Assembly: GCA_964016885.1 (NCBI GenBank) | Contig: OZ024741.1 | Coordinates: 252,898,001-252,962,000 of the forward strand | Direction: 5' to 3' | From: Eledone cirrhosa | Lineage: Eukaryota | DNA length: 64,000 nucleotides | Shown: positions 29,501-43,500 of the stretch, piece by piece | Position numbering within the stretch: position 1 is the stretch's first letter | How the letters are laid out: each line of letters opens with the position of its first letter | Position numbers and translations under genes: made by a program | Notes under the pieces: model-generated | Databases searched by the model: none | What the model saw: the letters and a program-made list of their open reading frames with translations, nothing else | Told to the model about the DNA's origin: nothing

Positions 29501-30628
29501 CCGGGGCTGATGATGCGCAAACATGCTCTGCGGCTACAACATCTCCAGGTATTCCTCACCGACCGACCGGTGTGGGGCCCGTTTGGCAGACAAGCCTTTT
29601 CGCAACTTGTCCCACTGACGGAACTGCACTCCTGGGTCATGTAGAGACCGATGAAAATGGGTTCCTGGCACATTGAATGCGCTCAGGCGGTCACAGTCCT
29701 CTGTCAAGTGGGCACAGCAATCAGTGATGACTCCACTTCATCATTCTATAGAGGGATAATATATTACAAGTGCAATGACATGCTCGGAGAGACTCTGGGT
29801 GTCGTAAAAGACGAGCTCACCAGTCTGTTCAGTAGGACTTTCCGCCCGGGACCTATGGACAATTTCCAAAGGTCCCTGGCCTGGCAGTGCTACAGAGGAG
29901 CTCTAGCAGTACACGATAAGATCTACAGGCATGGGTACCCACAGGGATCCTTCAAAGAGGACGTGTCCAAGATGCGATTGGGACATTGAAACCATCCTGC
30001 ACGCAATTGTACACTGCCCGGGCGTAACCGACCTGTGAAACTACGCAGAACAACTGCTGTCACATGTGGGACAAATCCAGTTGACTGCTGAGTCCATAGT
30101 AAGGATCAAACAAAAGAGAGGGTGTTTTCCTCTGTATAGTGGCTATGGTGAAAGAGGTTATATGGTGGACAAGGTTGAGAGGACTGAGGACAGATGCCTA
30201 TCTCTCCAGACAACAACTCATTCCTTTCTTTAGATACCACTTTAGAAGGAGAATCAGGGTGCAGAGAGAAGTACTGCACCCCAGTAAATTCACTGAAAGG
30301 TGGGTGAATGTGGCAAAAATGACTCGAGTGATTGGGCCTTCTTTGTATATAAACCTGTAGGTTGAAAAGAGAACAAAAGAAGGAAGGAGCACTTGCACAA
30401 CATGCTCCTGGAGTTGAGGGTTATTCTATCTACAGGGTATAAAGCAACCCATTTGTAACGCCTCCCCCTATTGGGGATTTTGATTGTTATACTTTAATGA
30501 TAAAACTTTTTTACACGACTGTATGTAAAATCCCCACCATATGTCTTTGTATCGTCCCCTTTTCTTGTGCGCCATTGTGGCAAATAAAGAAATATATCTA
30601 TCTATCTATCTATCTATTTATCTATATC
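26575..30628 (+). mobile_element. decayed L1/Tx1-clade non-LTR retrotransposon
   Basis: APE-RT-Zn-finger remnants, AATAAA near 30584, (TCTA)n tail; 11-bp TSD TCTCTTTCTCT at 26551-26561 and 30629-30639. Confidence 0.9.
27413..30360 (+). pseudogene. disrupted ORF2: APE endonuclease + reverse transcriptase + C-terminal Zn finger
   Basis: MANLQVGSVNVHGL; GDWN; SYLDRF; YSDH; WKLN; RPITLLN; DQSKAFDRV; QGCPLS; AYADDV (~29000); CPRC..ETILHAIVHC (~29965). Multiple stops and frameshifts plus an internal deletion near 28470. Confidence 0.9.
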
Positions 30629-31566
30629 TCTCTTTCTCTAGAGTGAAGGGCTCCACCAAGTTTAAAATGCTCAAGGCCCCCAAAGAAGATGCTCTTATGA
30701 CTTAATCAGAAGTCAAGTATCCTTTAACTGTCCTTTTAGTTAACTAAAGTTATAGTCTGATAACTCGGAGAATGACAAACTGTCAGAGTACCATGACTAC
30801 AGATGTGGCAGATGTAGAATTGTAGTTAACTGAGGGTATAGTGTGATATCTGATAGACTGACTAACCAAGTACTGGGACTACAGATGTGGCAGATGCACA
30901 GTTATTAACTGTAAGGGCGTATGAAATAAAGTCAATGAACTGATCATCTAGCTCACTGGTCATGTAAGATTAATTCTGTAACCTGGATGATCTAATTAGT
31001 ATCATAATTTCCTGTATCGATAATTCAACCTCTTCAATACCAAATCTCCTGAAACTGTCCTCATTGCTACAATACAAAACCATCACTTATAAAACATTCA
31101 TATTTAAATTAAATCCTTCCATCATATTTTTATGGAAATAACCTTTTTTATCCTAACTTTTGTCAACTTAATTATTAAGAATTAGAGATTTTTGCAAAAT
31201 ATCTTCCAAATCTTTAATTTTCAAAATGAAAGAAAACACAAAAGCAACATATTTTATTAGAAATATTATTACAAAGGGGTTGATAGCTGGAGTAAAGAAG
31301 GGATGAATGTATTTTAGGGATACATTTTATTTTTGTTTAGTTGGTAACCAAGTGTTATACTCAGAGTGAAGGGGAACTTAATGAATCATGTGTAAGAAGT
31401 ACAGTCTGAATTCACATTCTTTGAGCTAGAGATAAACGAGATGAGTATAATCAGTTGGATGTGTAATGTTAACAATGTACATGGTAGTGAGATTTTTGGG
31501 TATTCAATGTGGTAGATCTGTGGAGGCTGGAGAGAAATGGTAACAGTAGAAGTAGTAAATGATATG

Positions 31567-34500
31567 ATGGTAGAGCAGCAATCGTGAGGGTTGTCAGTAG
31601 TTGTGTGGTGGTCATAGTAGTGGTGGCAATGGTGAGGGTTGTTAGTAGTTGTGTGGTGGTCATAGTAGTGGTGGCAATGGTGGGGATTGTTAGTAGTTGT
31701 GTGGTGGTCATAGTAGTGGTGGCAATGGTGGGGATTGTTAGTAGTTGTGTGGTGGTCATAGTAGTGGTGGCAATGGTGGGGATTGTTAGTAGTTGTGTGG
31801 TGGTCATAGTAGTGGTGGCAATGGTGGGGATTGTTACTAGTTGTGTGGTGGTCATAGTAGTGGTGGCAATGGTGGGGATTGTTAGTAGTTGTGTGGTGGT
31901 CATAGTAGTGGTGGCAATGGTGGGGATTGTTAGTAGTTGTGTGGTGGTCATAGTAGTGGTGGCAATGGTGGGGATTGCTAGTAGTTGTGTTGTGGTCATA
32001 GTAGTGGTGGCAATGGTGGGATTGTTAGTAGTTGTGTGGTGGTCATAGTAGTGGTGGCAATGGTGGGATTGTTAGTAGTTGTGTGGTGGTCATAGTAGTG
32101 GTGGCAATGGTGGGATTGTTAGTAGTTGTGTGGTGGTCATAGTAGTGGTGGCAATGGTGGGATTGTTAGTAGTTGTGTGGTGGTCATAGTAGTGGTGGCA
32201 ATGGTGGGATTGTTAGTAGTTGTGTGGTGGTCATAGTAGTGGTGGCAATGGTGGGGATTGTTAGTAGTTGTGTGGTGGTCATAGTAATGGTGGCAATGGT
32301 GGGATTGTTAGTAGTTGTGTGGTGGTCATAGTAGTGGTGGCAATGGCGGGATTGTTAGTAGTTGTATGGTGGTCATAGTAGTGGTGGCAATGGTGGGGAT
32401 TGTTAGTAGTTGTGTAGTGGTCATAGTAGTGGTGGCAATGGTGGGGATTGTTAGTAGTTGTGTGGTGGTCATAGTAGTGGTGGCAATGGTGGGGATTGTT
32501 AGTAGTTGTGTGGTGGTCATAGTAGTGGTGGCAATGGTGGGGATTGTTAGTAGTTGTGTGGTGGTCATAGTAGTGGTGGCAATGGTGGGGATTGTTAGTA
32601 GTTGTGTGGTGGTCATAGTAGTGGTGGTAATGGTGGGATTGTTAGTAGTTGTGTGGTGGTCATAGTAGTGGTGGCAATGGTGGGATTGTTAGTAGTTGTG
32701 TGGTGGTCATAGTAGTGGTGGCAATGGTGGGGATTGTTAGTAATTGTGTGGTGGTCATAGTAGTGGTGGCAATGGTGGGGTTTGTTAGTAGTTGTGTGGT
32801 GGTCATAGTAGTGGTGGCAATAGTGGGGATTGTTACTAGTTGTGTGGTGGTCATAGTAGTGGTGGCAATGGTGGGGATTGTTAGTAGTTGTGTGGTGGTC
32901 ATAGTAGTGGTGGCAATGGTGGGGATTGTTAGTAGTTGTGTGGTGGTGATAGTAGTGGTGGCAATGGTGGGGATTGTTAGTAGTTGTGTGGTGGTGATAG
33001 TAGTGGTGGCAATGGTGGGGATTGTTAGTAGTTGTGTGGTGGTGATAGTAGTGGTCGCAATGGTGGGATTGTTAGTAGTTGTGTGGTGGTCATAGTAGTG
33101 GTGGCAATGGTGGGGATTGTTAGTAGTTGTGTGGTGGTCATAGTAGTGGTGGCAATGGTGGGGATTGTTAGTAGTTGTGTGGTGGTGATAGTAGTGGTGG
33201 CAATGGTGGGGATTGTTAGTAGTTGTGTGGTGGTGATAGTAGTGGTGGCAATGGTGGGGATTGTTAGTAGTTGTGTGGTGGTGATAGTAGTGGTCGCAAT
33301 GGTGGGATTGTTAGTAGTTGTGTGGTGGTCATAGTAGTGGTGGCAATGGTGGGGATTGTTAGTAGTTGTGTGGTGGTCATAGTAGTGGTGGCAATGGTGG
33401 GGATTGTTAGTAGTTGTGTGGTGGTGATAGTAGTGGTGGCAATGGTGGGATTGTTAGTAGTTGTGTGGTACTCATAGTAGTGGTGGCAATGGTGGGGATT
33501 GTTAGTAGTTGTGTGGTGGTCATAGTAGTGGTGGCAATGGTGGGGATTGTTAGTAGTTGTGTGGTGGTCATAGTAGTGGTGGTAATGGTGGGGATTGTTA
33601 GTAGTTGTGTGGTGGTCATAGTAGTGGTGGCAATGGTGGGATTGTTAGTAGTTGTGTGGTTGTCATAGTAGTGGTGGCAATGGTGGGGATTGTTAGTAGT
33701 TGTGTGGTTGTCATAGTAGTGGTGGCAATGGTGGGGATTGTTACTAGTTGTGTGGTGGTCATAATTAGTGGTGGCAATAGTGGGGATTGTTACTAGTTGT
33801 GTGGTGGTCATAATTAGTGGTGGCAATGGTGGGATTGTTAGTAGTTGTGGCAATGGTGGGATTGTTAGTAGTTGTGGCAATGGTGGGATTGTTAGTAGTT
33901 GTGTGGTTGTCATAGTAGTGGTGGCAATGGTGGGGATTGTTAGTAGTTGTGTGGTGGTTATAGTAGTGGTGGCAATAGTGGGGATTGTTACTAGTTGTGT
34001 GGTGGTCATAATTAGTGGTGGCAATGGTGGGATTGTTAGTAGTTGTGGCAATGGTGGGATTGTTAGTAGTTGTGTGGTGGTCATAGTAGTGGTGGCAATG
34101 GTGGGGATTGTTAGTAGTTGTGTAGTGGTCATAGTAGTGGTGGCAATGGTGAGGGTTGTTAGTAGTTGTGTGGTGGTCATAATTAGTGGTGGCAATGGTG
34201 GGATTGTTAGTAGTTGTGTGGTGGTCATAGTAGTGGTGGCAATGGTGGGGATTGTTAGTAGTTGTGTAGTGGTCATAGTAGTGGTGGCAATGGTGAGGGT
34301 TGTTAGTAGTTGTGTGGTGGTCATAATTAGTGGTGGCAATGGTGGGATTGTTAGTAGTTGTGTGGTGGTCATAGTAGTGGTGGCAATGGTGGGGATTGTT
34401 AGTAGTTGTGTGGTGGTCATAGTAGTGGTGGCAATGGTGGGGATTGTTAGTAGTTGTGTGGTTGTGATAGTAGTGGTGGCAATGGTGGGGATTGCTAGTA

Positions 34501-37500
34501 GTTGTGTTGTGGTCATAGTAGTGGTGGCAATGGTGGGGATTGTTAGTAGTTGTGTGGTGGACATAGTAGTGGTGGCAATGGTGGGATTGTTAGTAGTTGT
34601 GTGGTGGTGATAGTTGTGGTGGTGATAGTTGTGGTGGTAATGGTGGGATTGTTAGTAGTTGTGTGGTGGTCATAGTAGTGGTGGCAATGGTGGGATTGTT
34701 AGTAGTTGTGTGGTGGTCATAGTAGTGATGGCAATGGTGGGATTGTTAGTAGTTGTGTGGTGGTCATAGTAGTGGTGGCAATGGTGGGGATTGTTAGTAG
34801 TTGTGTGTTACTCATAGTAGTGGTGGCAATGGTGGGGATTGTTAGTAGTTGTGTTGTGGTCATATGAGTGGTGGCAATGGTGGGGATTGTTAGTAGTTGT
34901 GTGTTACTCATAGTAGTGGTGGCAATGGTGGGGATTGTTAGTAGTTGTGTTGTGGTCATAGTAGTGGTGGCAATGGTGGGGATTGTTAGTAGTTGTGTGG
35001 TGGTGATAGTAGTGGTGGCAATGGTGGGGATTGTTAGTAGTTGTGTGGTACTCATAGTAGTGGTGGCAATGTTGGGGATTGTTAGTAGTTGTGTGGTGGT
35101 CATAGTAGTGGTGGCAATGGTGGGATTGTTAGTAGTTGTGTGGTGGTCATAGTAGTGGTGGCAATGGTGGGATTGTTAGTAGTTGTGTGGTGGTCATAGT
35201 AGTGGTGGCAATGGTGGGGTTTGTTAGTAGTTGTGTGGTGGTCATAGTAGTGGTGGCAATGGTGGGGATTGTTAGTAGTTGTGTGGTTGTCATAGTAGTG
35301 GTGGCAATGGTGGGGATCGTTAGTAGTTGTGTGTTACTCATAATAGTGGTGGCAATGGTGGGGATTGTTAGTAGTTGTGTGGTGGTCATAGTAGTGGTGG
35401 CAATGGTGGGGATTGTTAGTAGTTGTGTTGTGGTCATAGGAGTGGTGGCAATGGTGGGGATTGTTAGTAATTGTGTGGTGGTCATAGTAGTGGTGGCAAT
35501 GGTGGGGATTGTTAGTAGTTGTGTGGTGGTCATAGTAGTGGTGGCAATGGTGGGGATTGTTAGTAGTTCTGTGGTGGTCATAGTAGTGGTGGCAATGGTG
35601 GGGATTGTTAGTAGTTGTGTGGTGGTCATAGTAGTGGTGGCAATGGTGGGATTGTTAGTAGTTGTGTGGTGGTCATAGTAGTGGTGGCAATGGTGGGGAT
35701 TGTTAGTAGTTGTGTGGTGGTCATAGTAGTGGTGGCAATGGTGGGGATTGTTAGTAGTTGTGTGGTGGTGATAGTAGTGGTGGCAATGGTGGGATTGTTA
35801 GTAGTTGTGTGGTGGTCATAGTAGTGGTGGCAATGGTGGGGATTGTTAGTAGTTGTGTGGTGGTCATAGTAGTGGTGGCAATGGTGGGGATTGTTAGTAG
35901 TTGTGTGGTGGTGATAGTAGTGGTGGCAATGGTGGGATTGTTAGTAGTTGTGTGGTGGTCATAGTAGTGGTGGCAATGGTGGGGATTGTTAGTAGTTGTG
36001 TGGTGGTCATAGTAGTGGTGGCAATGGTGGGGATTGTTAGTAGTTGTGTGGTGGTGATAGTAGTGGTGGCAATGGTGGGATTGTTAGTAGTTGTGTGGTA
36101 CTCATAGTAGTGGTGGCAATGGTGGGGATTGTTAGTAGTTGTGTGGTGGTCATAGTAGTGGTGGCAATGGTGGGGATTGTTAGTAGTTGTGTGGTGGTCA
36201 TAGTAGTGGTGGCAATGGTGGGGATTGTTAGTAGTTGTGTGGTGGTCATAGTAGTGGTGGCAATGGTGGGGATTGTTAGTAGTTGTGTGGTGGTCATAGT
36301 AGTGGTGGTAATGGTGGGATTGTTAGTAGTTGTGTGGTGGTCATAGTAGTGGTGGCAATGGTGGGGATTGTTAGTAGTTGTGTGGTGGTCATAGTAGTGG
36401 TGGCAATGGTGGGGATTGTTAGTAGTTGTGTGGTGGTCATAGTAGTGGTGGCAATGGTGGGGATTGTTAGTAGTTGTGTGGTGGTCATAGTAGTGGTGGT
36501 AATGGTGGGATTGTTAGTAGTTGTGTGGTGGTCATAGTAGTGGTGGCAATGGTGGGATTGTTAGTAGTTGTGTGGTGGTCATAGTAGTGGTGGCAATGGT
36601 GGGGATTGTTAGTAGTTGTGTAGTGGTCATAGTAGTGGTGGCAATGGTGAGGGTTGTTAGTAGTTGTGTGGTGGTCATAATTAGTGGTGGCAATGGTGGG
36701 ATTGTTAGTAGTTGTGTGGTGGTCATAGTAGTGGTGGCAATGGTGGGGATTGTTAGTAGTTGTGTAGTGGTCATAGTAGTGGTGGCAATGGTGAGGGTTG
36801 TTAGTAGTTGTGTGGTGGTCATAATTAGTGGTGGCAATGGTGGGATTGTTAGTAGTTGTGTGGTGGTCATAGTAGTGGTGGCAATGGTGGGGATTGTTAG
36901 TAGTTGTGTGGTGGTCATAGTAGTGGTGGCAATGGTGGGGATTGTTAGTAGTTGTGTGGTTGTGATAGTAGTGGTGGCAATGGTGGGGATTGCTAGTAGT
37001 TGTGTTGTGGTCATAGTAGTGGTGGCAATGGTGGGGATTGTTAGTAGTTGTGTGGTGGACATAGTAGTGGTGGCAATGGTGGGATTGTTAGTAGTTGTGT
37101 GGTGGTGATAGTTGTGGTGGTGATAGTTGTGGTGGTAATGGTGGGATTGTTAGTAGTTGTGTGGTGGTCATAGTAGTGGTGGCAATGGTGGGATTGTTAG
37201 TAGTTGTGTGGTGGTCATAGTAGTGATGGCAATGGTGGGATTGTTAGTAGTTGTGTGGTGGTCATAGTAGTGGTGGCAATGGTGGGGATTGTTAGTAGTT
37301 GTGTGTTACTCATAGTAGTGGTGGCAATGGTGGGGATTGTTAGTAGTTGTGTTGTGGTCATATGAGTGGTGGCAATGGTGGGGATTGTTAGTAGTTGTGT
37401 GTTACTCATAGTAGTGGTGGCAATGGTGGGGATTGTTAGTAGTTGTGTTGTGGTCATAGTAGTGGTGGCAATGGTGGGGATTGTTAGTAGTTGTGTGGTG

Positions 37501-40500
37501 GTGATAGTAGTGGTGGCAATGGTGGGGATTGTTAGTAGTTGTGTGGTACTCATAGTAGTGGTGGCAATGTTGGGGATTGTTAGTAGTTGTGTGGTGGTCA
37601 TAGTAGTGGTGGCAATGGTGGGATTGTTAGTAGTTGTGTGGTGGTCATAGTAGTGGTGGCAATGGTGGGATTGTTAGTAGTTGTGTGGTGGTCATAGTAG
37701 TGGTGGCAATGGTGGGGTTTGTTAGTAGTTGTGTGGTGGTCATAGTAGTGGTGGCAATGGTGGGGATTGTTAGTAGTTGTGTGGTTGTCATAGTAGTGGT
37801 GGCAATGGTGGGGATCGTTAGTAGTTGTGTGTTACTCATAATAGTGGTGGCAATGGTGGGGATTGTTAGTAGTTGTGTGGTGGTCATAGTAGTGGTGGCA
37901 ATGGTGGGGATTGTTAGTAGTTGTGTTGTGGTCATAGGAGTGGTGGCAATGGTGGGGATTGTTAGTAATTGTGTGGTGGTCATAGTAGTGGTGGCAATGG
38001 TGGGGATTGTTAGTAGTTGTGTGGTGGTCATAGTAGTGGTGGCAATGGTGGGGATTGTTAGTAGTTCTGTGGTGGTCATAGTAGTGGTGGCAATGGTGGG
38101 GATTGTTAGTAGTTGTGTGGTGGTCATAGTAGTGGTGGCAATGGTGGGATTGTTAGTAGTTGTGTGGTGGTCATAGTAGTGGTGGCAATGGTGGGGATTG
38201 TTAGTAGTTGTGTGGTGGTCATAGTAGTGGTGGCAATGGTGGGGATTGTTAGTAGTTGTGTGGTGGTGATAGTAGTGGTGGCAATGGTGGGATTGTTAGT
38301 AGTTGTGTGGTGGTCATAGTAGTGGTGGCAATGGTGGGGATTGTTAGTAGTTGTGTGGTGGTCATAGTAGTGGTGGCAATGGTGGGGATTGTTAGTAGTT
38401 GTGTGGTGGTGATAGTAGTGGTGGCAATGGTGGGATTGTTAGTAGTTGTGTGGTGGTCATAGTAGTGGTGGCAATGGTGGGGATTGTTAGTAGTTGTGTG
38501 GTGGTCATAGTAGTGGTGGCAATGGTGGGGATTGTTAGTAGTTGTGTGGTGGTGATAGTAGTGGTGGCAATGGTGGGATTGTTAGTAGTTGTGTGGTACT
38601 CATAGTAGTGGTGGCAATGGTGGGGATTGTTAGTAGTTGTGTGGTGGTCATAGTAGTGGTGGCAATGGTGGGGATTGTTAGTAGTTGTGTGGTGGTCATA
38701 GTAGTGGTGGCAATGGTGGGGATTGTTAGTAGTTGTGTGGTGGTCATAGTAGTGGTGGCAATGGTGGGGATTGTTAGTAGTTGTGTGGTGGTCATAGTAG
38801 TGGTGGTAATGGTGGGATTGTTAGTAGTTGTGTGGTGGTCATAGTAGTGGTGGCAATGGTGGGGATTGTTAGTAGTTGTGTGGTGGTCATAGTAGTGGTG
38901 GCAATGGTGGGGATTGTTAGTAGTTGTGTGGTGGTCATAGTAGTGGTGGCAATGGTGGGGATTGTTAGTAGTTGTGTGGTGGTCATAGTAGTGGTGGTAA
39001 TGGTGGGATTGTTAGTAGTTGTGTGGTGGTCATAGTAGTGGTGGCAATGGTGGGATTGTTAGTAGTTGTGTGGTGGTCATAGTAGTGGTGGCAATGGTGG
39101 GGATTGTTAGTAATTGTGTGGTGGTCATAGTAGTGGTGGCAATGGTGGGGTTTGTTAGTAGTTGTGTGGTGGTCATAGTAGTGGTGGCAATAGTGGGGAT
39201 TGTTACTAGTTGTGTGGTGGTCATAGTAGTGGTGGCAATGGTGGGGATTGTTAGTAGTTGTGTGGTGGTCATAGTAGTGGTGGCAATGGTGGGGATTGTT
39301 AGTAGTTGTGTGGTGGTGATAGTAGTGGTGGCAATGGTGGGGATTGTTAGTAGTTGTGTGGTGGTGATAGTAGTGGTGGCAATGGTGGGGATTGTTAGTA
39401 GTTGTGTGGTGGTGATAGTAGTGGTCGCAATGGTGGGATTGTTAGTAGTTGTGTGGTGGTCATAGTAGTGGTGGCAATGGTGGGGATTGTTAGTAGTTGT
39501 GTGGTGGTCATAGTAGTGGTGGCAATGGTGGGGATTGTTAGTAGTTGTGTGGTGGTGATAGTAGTGGTGGCAATGGTGGGGATTGTTAGTAGTTGTGTGG
39601 TGGTGATAGTAGTGGTGGCAATGGTGGGGATTGTTAGTAGTTGTGTGGTGGTGATAGTAGTGGTCGCAATGGTGGGATTGTTAGTAGTTGTGTGGTGGTC
39701 ATAGTAGTGGTGGCAATGGTGGGGATTGTTAGTAGTTGTGTGGTGGTCATAGTAGTGGTGGCAATGGTGGGGATTGTTAGTAGTTGTGTGGTGGTGATAG
39801 TAGTGGTGGCAATGGTGGGATTGTTAGTAGTTGTGTGGTACTCATAGTAGTGGTGGCAATGGTGGGGATTGTTAGTAGTTGTGTGGTGGTCATAGTAGTG
39901 GTGGCAATGGTGGGGATTGTTAGTAGTTGTGTGGTGGTCATAGTAGTGGTGGTAATGGTGGGGATTGTTAGTAGTTGTGTGGTGGTCATAGTAGTGGTGG
40001 CAATGGTGGGATTGTTAGTAGTTGTGTGGTTGTCATAGTAGTGGTGGCAATGGTGGGGATTGTTAGTAGTTGTGTGGTTGTCATAGTAGTGGTGGCAATG
40101 GTGGGGATTGTTACTAGTTGTGTGGTGGTCATAATTAGTGGTGGCAATAGTGGGGATTGTTACTAGTTGTGTGGTGGTCATAATTAGTGGTGGCAATGGT
40201 GGGATTGTTAGTAGTTGTGGCAATGGTTGGATTGTTAGTAGTTGTGGCAATGGTGGGATTGTTAGTAGTTGTGTGGTTGTCATAGTAGTGGTGGCAATGG
40301 TGGGGATTGTTAGTAGTTGTGTGGTGGTTATAGTAGTGGTGGCAATAGTGGGGATTGTTACTAGTTGTGTGGTGGTCATAATTAGTGGTGGCAATGGTGG
40401 GATTGTTAGTAGTTGTGGCAATGGTGGGATTGTTAGTAGTTGTGTGGTGGTCATAGTAGTGGTGGCAATGGTGGGGATTGTTAGTAGTTGTGTAGTGGTC

Positions 40501-43500
40501 ATAGTAGTGGTGGCAATGGTGAGGGTTGTTAGTAGTTGTGTGGTGGTCATAATTAGTGGTGGCAATGGTGGGATTGTTAGTAGTTGTGTGGTGGTCATAG
40601 TAGTGGTGGCAATGGTGGGGATTGTTAGTAGTTGTGTAGTGGTCATAGTAGTGGTGGCAATGGTGAGGGTTGTTAGTAGTTGTGTGGTGGTCATAATTAG
40701 TGGTGGCAATGGTGGGATTGTTAGTAGTTGTGTGGTGGTCATAGTAGTGGTGGCAATGGTGGGGATTGTTAGTAGTTGTGTGGTGGTCATAGTAGTGGTG
40801 GCAATGGTGGGGATTGTTAGTAGTTGTGTGGTTGTGATAGTAGTGGTGGCAATGGTGGGGATTGCTAGTAGTTGTGTTGTGGTCATAGTAGTGGTGGCAA
40901 TGGTGGGGATTGTTAGTAGTTGTGTGGTGGACATAGTAGTGGTGGCAATGGTGGGATTGTTAGTAGTTGTGTGGTGGTGATAGTTGTGGTGGTGATAGTT
41001 GTGGTGGTAATGGTGGGATTGTTAGTAGTTGTGTGGTGGTCATAGTAGTGGTGGCAATGGTGGGATTGTTAGTAGTTGTGTGGTGGTCATAGTAGTGATG
41101 GCAATGGTGGGATTGTTAGTAGTTGTGTGGTGGTCATAGTAGTGGTGGCAATGGTGGGGATTGTTAGTAGTTGTGTGTTACTCATAGTAGTGGTGGCAAT
41201 GGTGGGGATTGTTAGTAGTTGTGTTGTGGTCATATGAGTGGTGGCAATGGTGGGGATTGTTAGTAGTTGTGTGTTACTCATAGTAGTGGTGGCAATGGTG
41301 GGGATTGTTAGTAGTTGTGTTGTGGTCATAGTAGTGGTGGCAATGGTGGGGATTGTTAGTAGTTGTGTGGTGGTGATAGTAGTGGTGGCAATGGAGGGGA
41401 TTGTTAGTAGTTGTGTGGTACTCATAGTAGTGGTGGCAATGTTGGGGATTGTTAGTAGTTGTGTGGTGGTCATAGTAGTGGTGGCAATGGTGGGATTGTT
41501 AGTAGTTGTGTGGTGGTCATAGTAGTGGTGGCAATGGTGGGATTGTTAGTAGTTGTGTGGTGGTCATAGTAGTGGTGGCAATGGTGGGGTTTGTTAGTAG
41601 TTGTGTGGTGGTCATAGTAGTGGTGGCAATGGTGGGGATTGTTAGTAGTTGTGTGGTTGTCATAGTAGTGGTGGCAATGGTGGGGATCGTTAGTAGTTGT
41701 GTGTTACTCATAATAGTGGTGGCAATGGTGGGGATTGTTAGTAGTTGTGTGGTGGTCATAGTAGTGGTGGCAATGGTGGGGATTGTTAGTAGTTGTGTTG
41801 TGGTCATAGGAGTGGTGGCAATGGTGGGGATTGTTAGTAATTGTGTGGTGGTCATAGTAGTGGTGGCAATGGTGGGGATTGTTAGTAGTTGTGTGGTGGT
41901 CATAGTAGTGGTGGCAATGGTGGGGATTGTTAGTAGTTCTGTGGTGGTCATAGTAGTGGTGGCAATGGTGGGGATTGTTAGTAGTTGTGTGGTGGTCATA
42001 GTAGTGGTGGCAATGGTGGGATTGTTAGTAGTTGTGTGGTGGTCATAGTAGTGGTGGCAATGGTGGGGATTGTTAGTAGTTGTGTGGTGGTCATAGTAGT
42101 GGTGGCAATGGTGGGGATTGTTAGTAGTTGTGTGGTGGTGATAGTAGTGGTGGCAATGGTGGGATTGTTAGTAGTTGTGTGGTGGTCATAGTAGTGGTGG
42201 CAATGGTGGGGATTGTTAGTAGTTGTGTGGTGGTCATAGTAGTGGTGGCAATGGTGGGGATTGTTAGTAGTTGTGTGGTGGTGATAGTAGTGGTGGCAAT
42301 GGTGGGATTGTTAGTAGTTGTGTGGTGGTCATAGTAGTGGTGGCAATGGTGGGGATTGTTAGTAGTTGTGTGGTGGTCATAGTAGTGGTGGCAATGGTGG
42401 GGATTGTTAGTAGTTGTGTGGTGGTGATAGTAGTGGTGGCAATGGTGGGATTGTTAGTAGTTGTGTGGTACTCATAGTAGTGGTGGCAATGGTGGGGATT
42501 GTTAGTAGTTGTGTGGTGGTCATAGTAGTGGTGGCAATGGTGGGGATTGTTAGTAGTTGTGTGGTGGTCATAGTAGTGGTGGCAATGGTGGGGATTGTTA
42601 GTAGTTGTGTGGTGGTCATAGTAGTGGTGGCAATGGTGGGGATTGTTAGTAGTTGTGTGGTGGTCATAGTAGTGGTGGTAATGGTGGGTTTGTTAGTAGT
42701 TGTGTGGTGGTCATAGTAGTGGTGGCAATGGTGGGGATTGTTAGTAGTTGTGTGGTGGTCATAGTAGTGGTGGCAATGGTGGGGATTGTTAGTAGTTGTG
42801 TGGTGGTCATAGTAGTGGTGGCAATGGTGGGGATTGTTAGTAGTTGTGTGGTGGTGATAGTAGTGGTGGCAATGGTGGGATTGTTAGTAGTTGTGTGGTG
42901 GTGATAGTAGTGGTGGCAATGGTGGGGATTGTTAGTAGTTGTGTGGTGGTCATAGTAGTGGTGGTAATGGTGGGTTTGTTAGTAGTTGTGTGGTGGTCAT
43001 AGTAGTGGTGGCAATGGTGGGGATTGTTAGTAGTTGTGTGGTGGTCATAGTAGTGGTGGCAATGGTGGGGATTGTTAGTAGTTGTGTGGTGGTGATAGTA
43101 GTGGTGGCAATGGTGGGATTGTTAGTAGTTGTGTGGTGGTGATAGTAGTGGTGGCAATGGTGGGGATTGTTAGTAGTTGTGTGTTACTCATAATAGTGGT
43201 GGCAATGGTGGGGATTGTTAGTAGTTGTGTGGTGGTCATAGTAGTGGTGGCAATGGTGGGGATTGTTAGTAGTTGTGTTGTGGTCATAGTAGTGGTGGCA
43301 ATGGTGGGGATTGTTAGTAATTGTGTGGTGGTCATAGTAGTGGTGGCAATGGTGGGGATTGTTAGTAGTTGTGTGGTGGTCATAGGAGTGGTGGCAATGG
43401 TGGGGATTGTTAGTAATTGTGTGGTGGTCATAGTAGTGGTGGCAATGGTGGGGATTGTTAGTAGTTGTGTGGTGGTCATAGTAGTGGTGGCAATGGTGGG

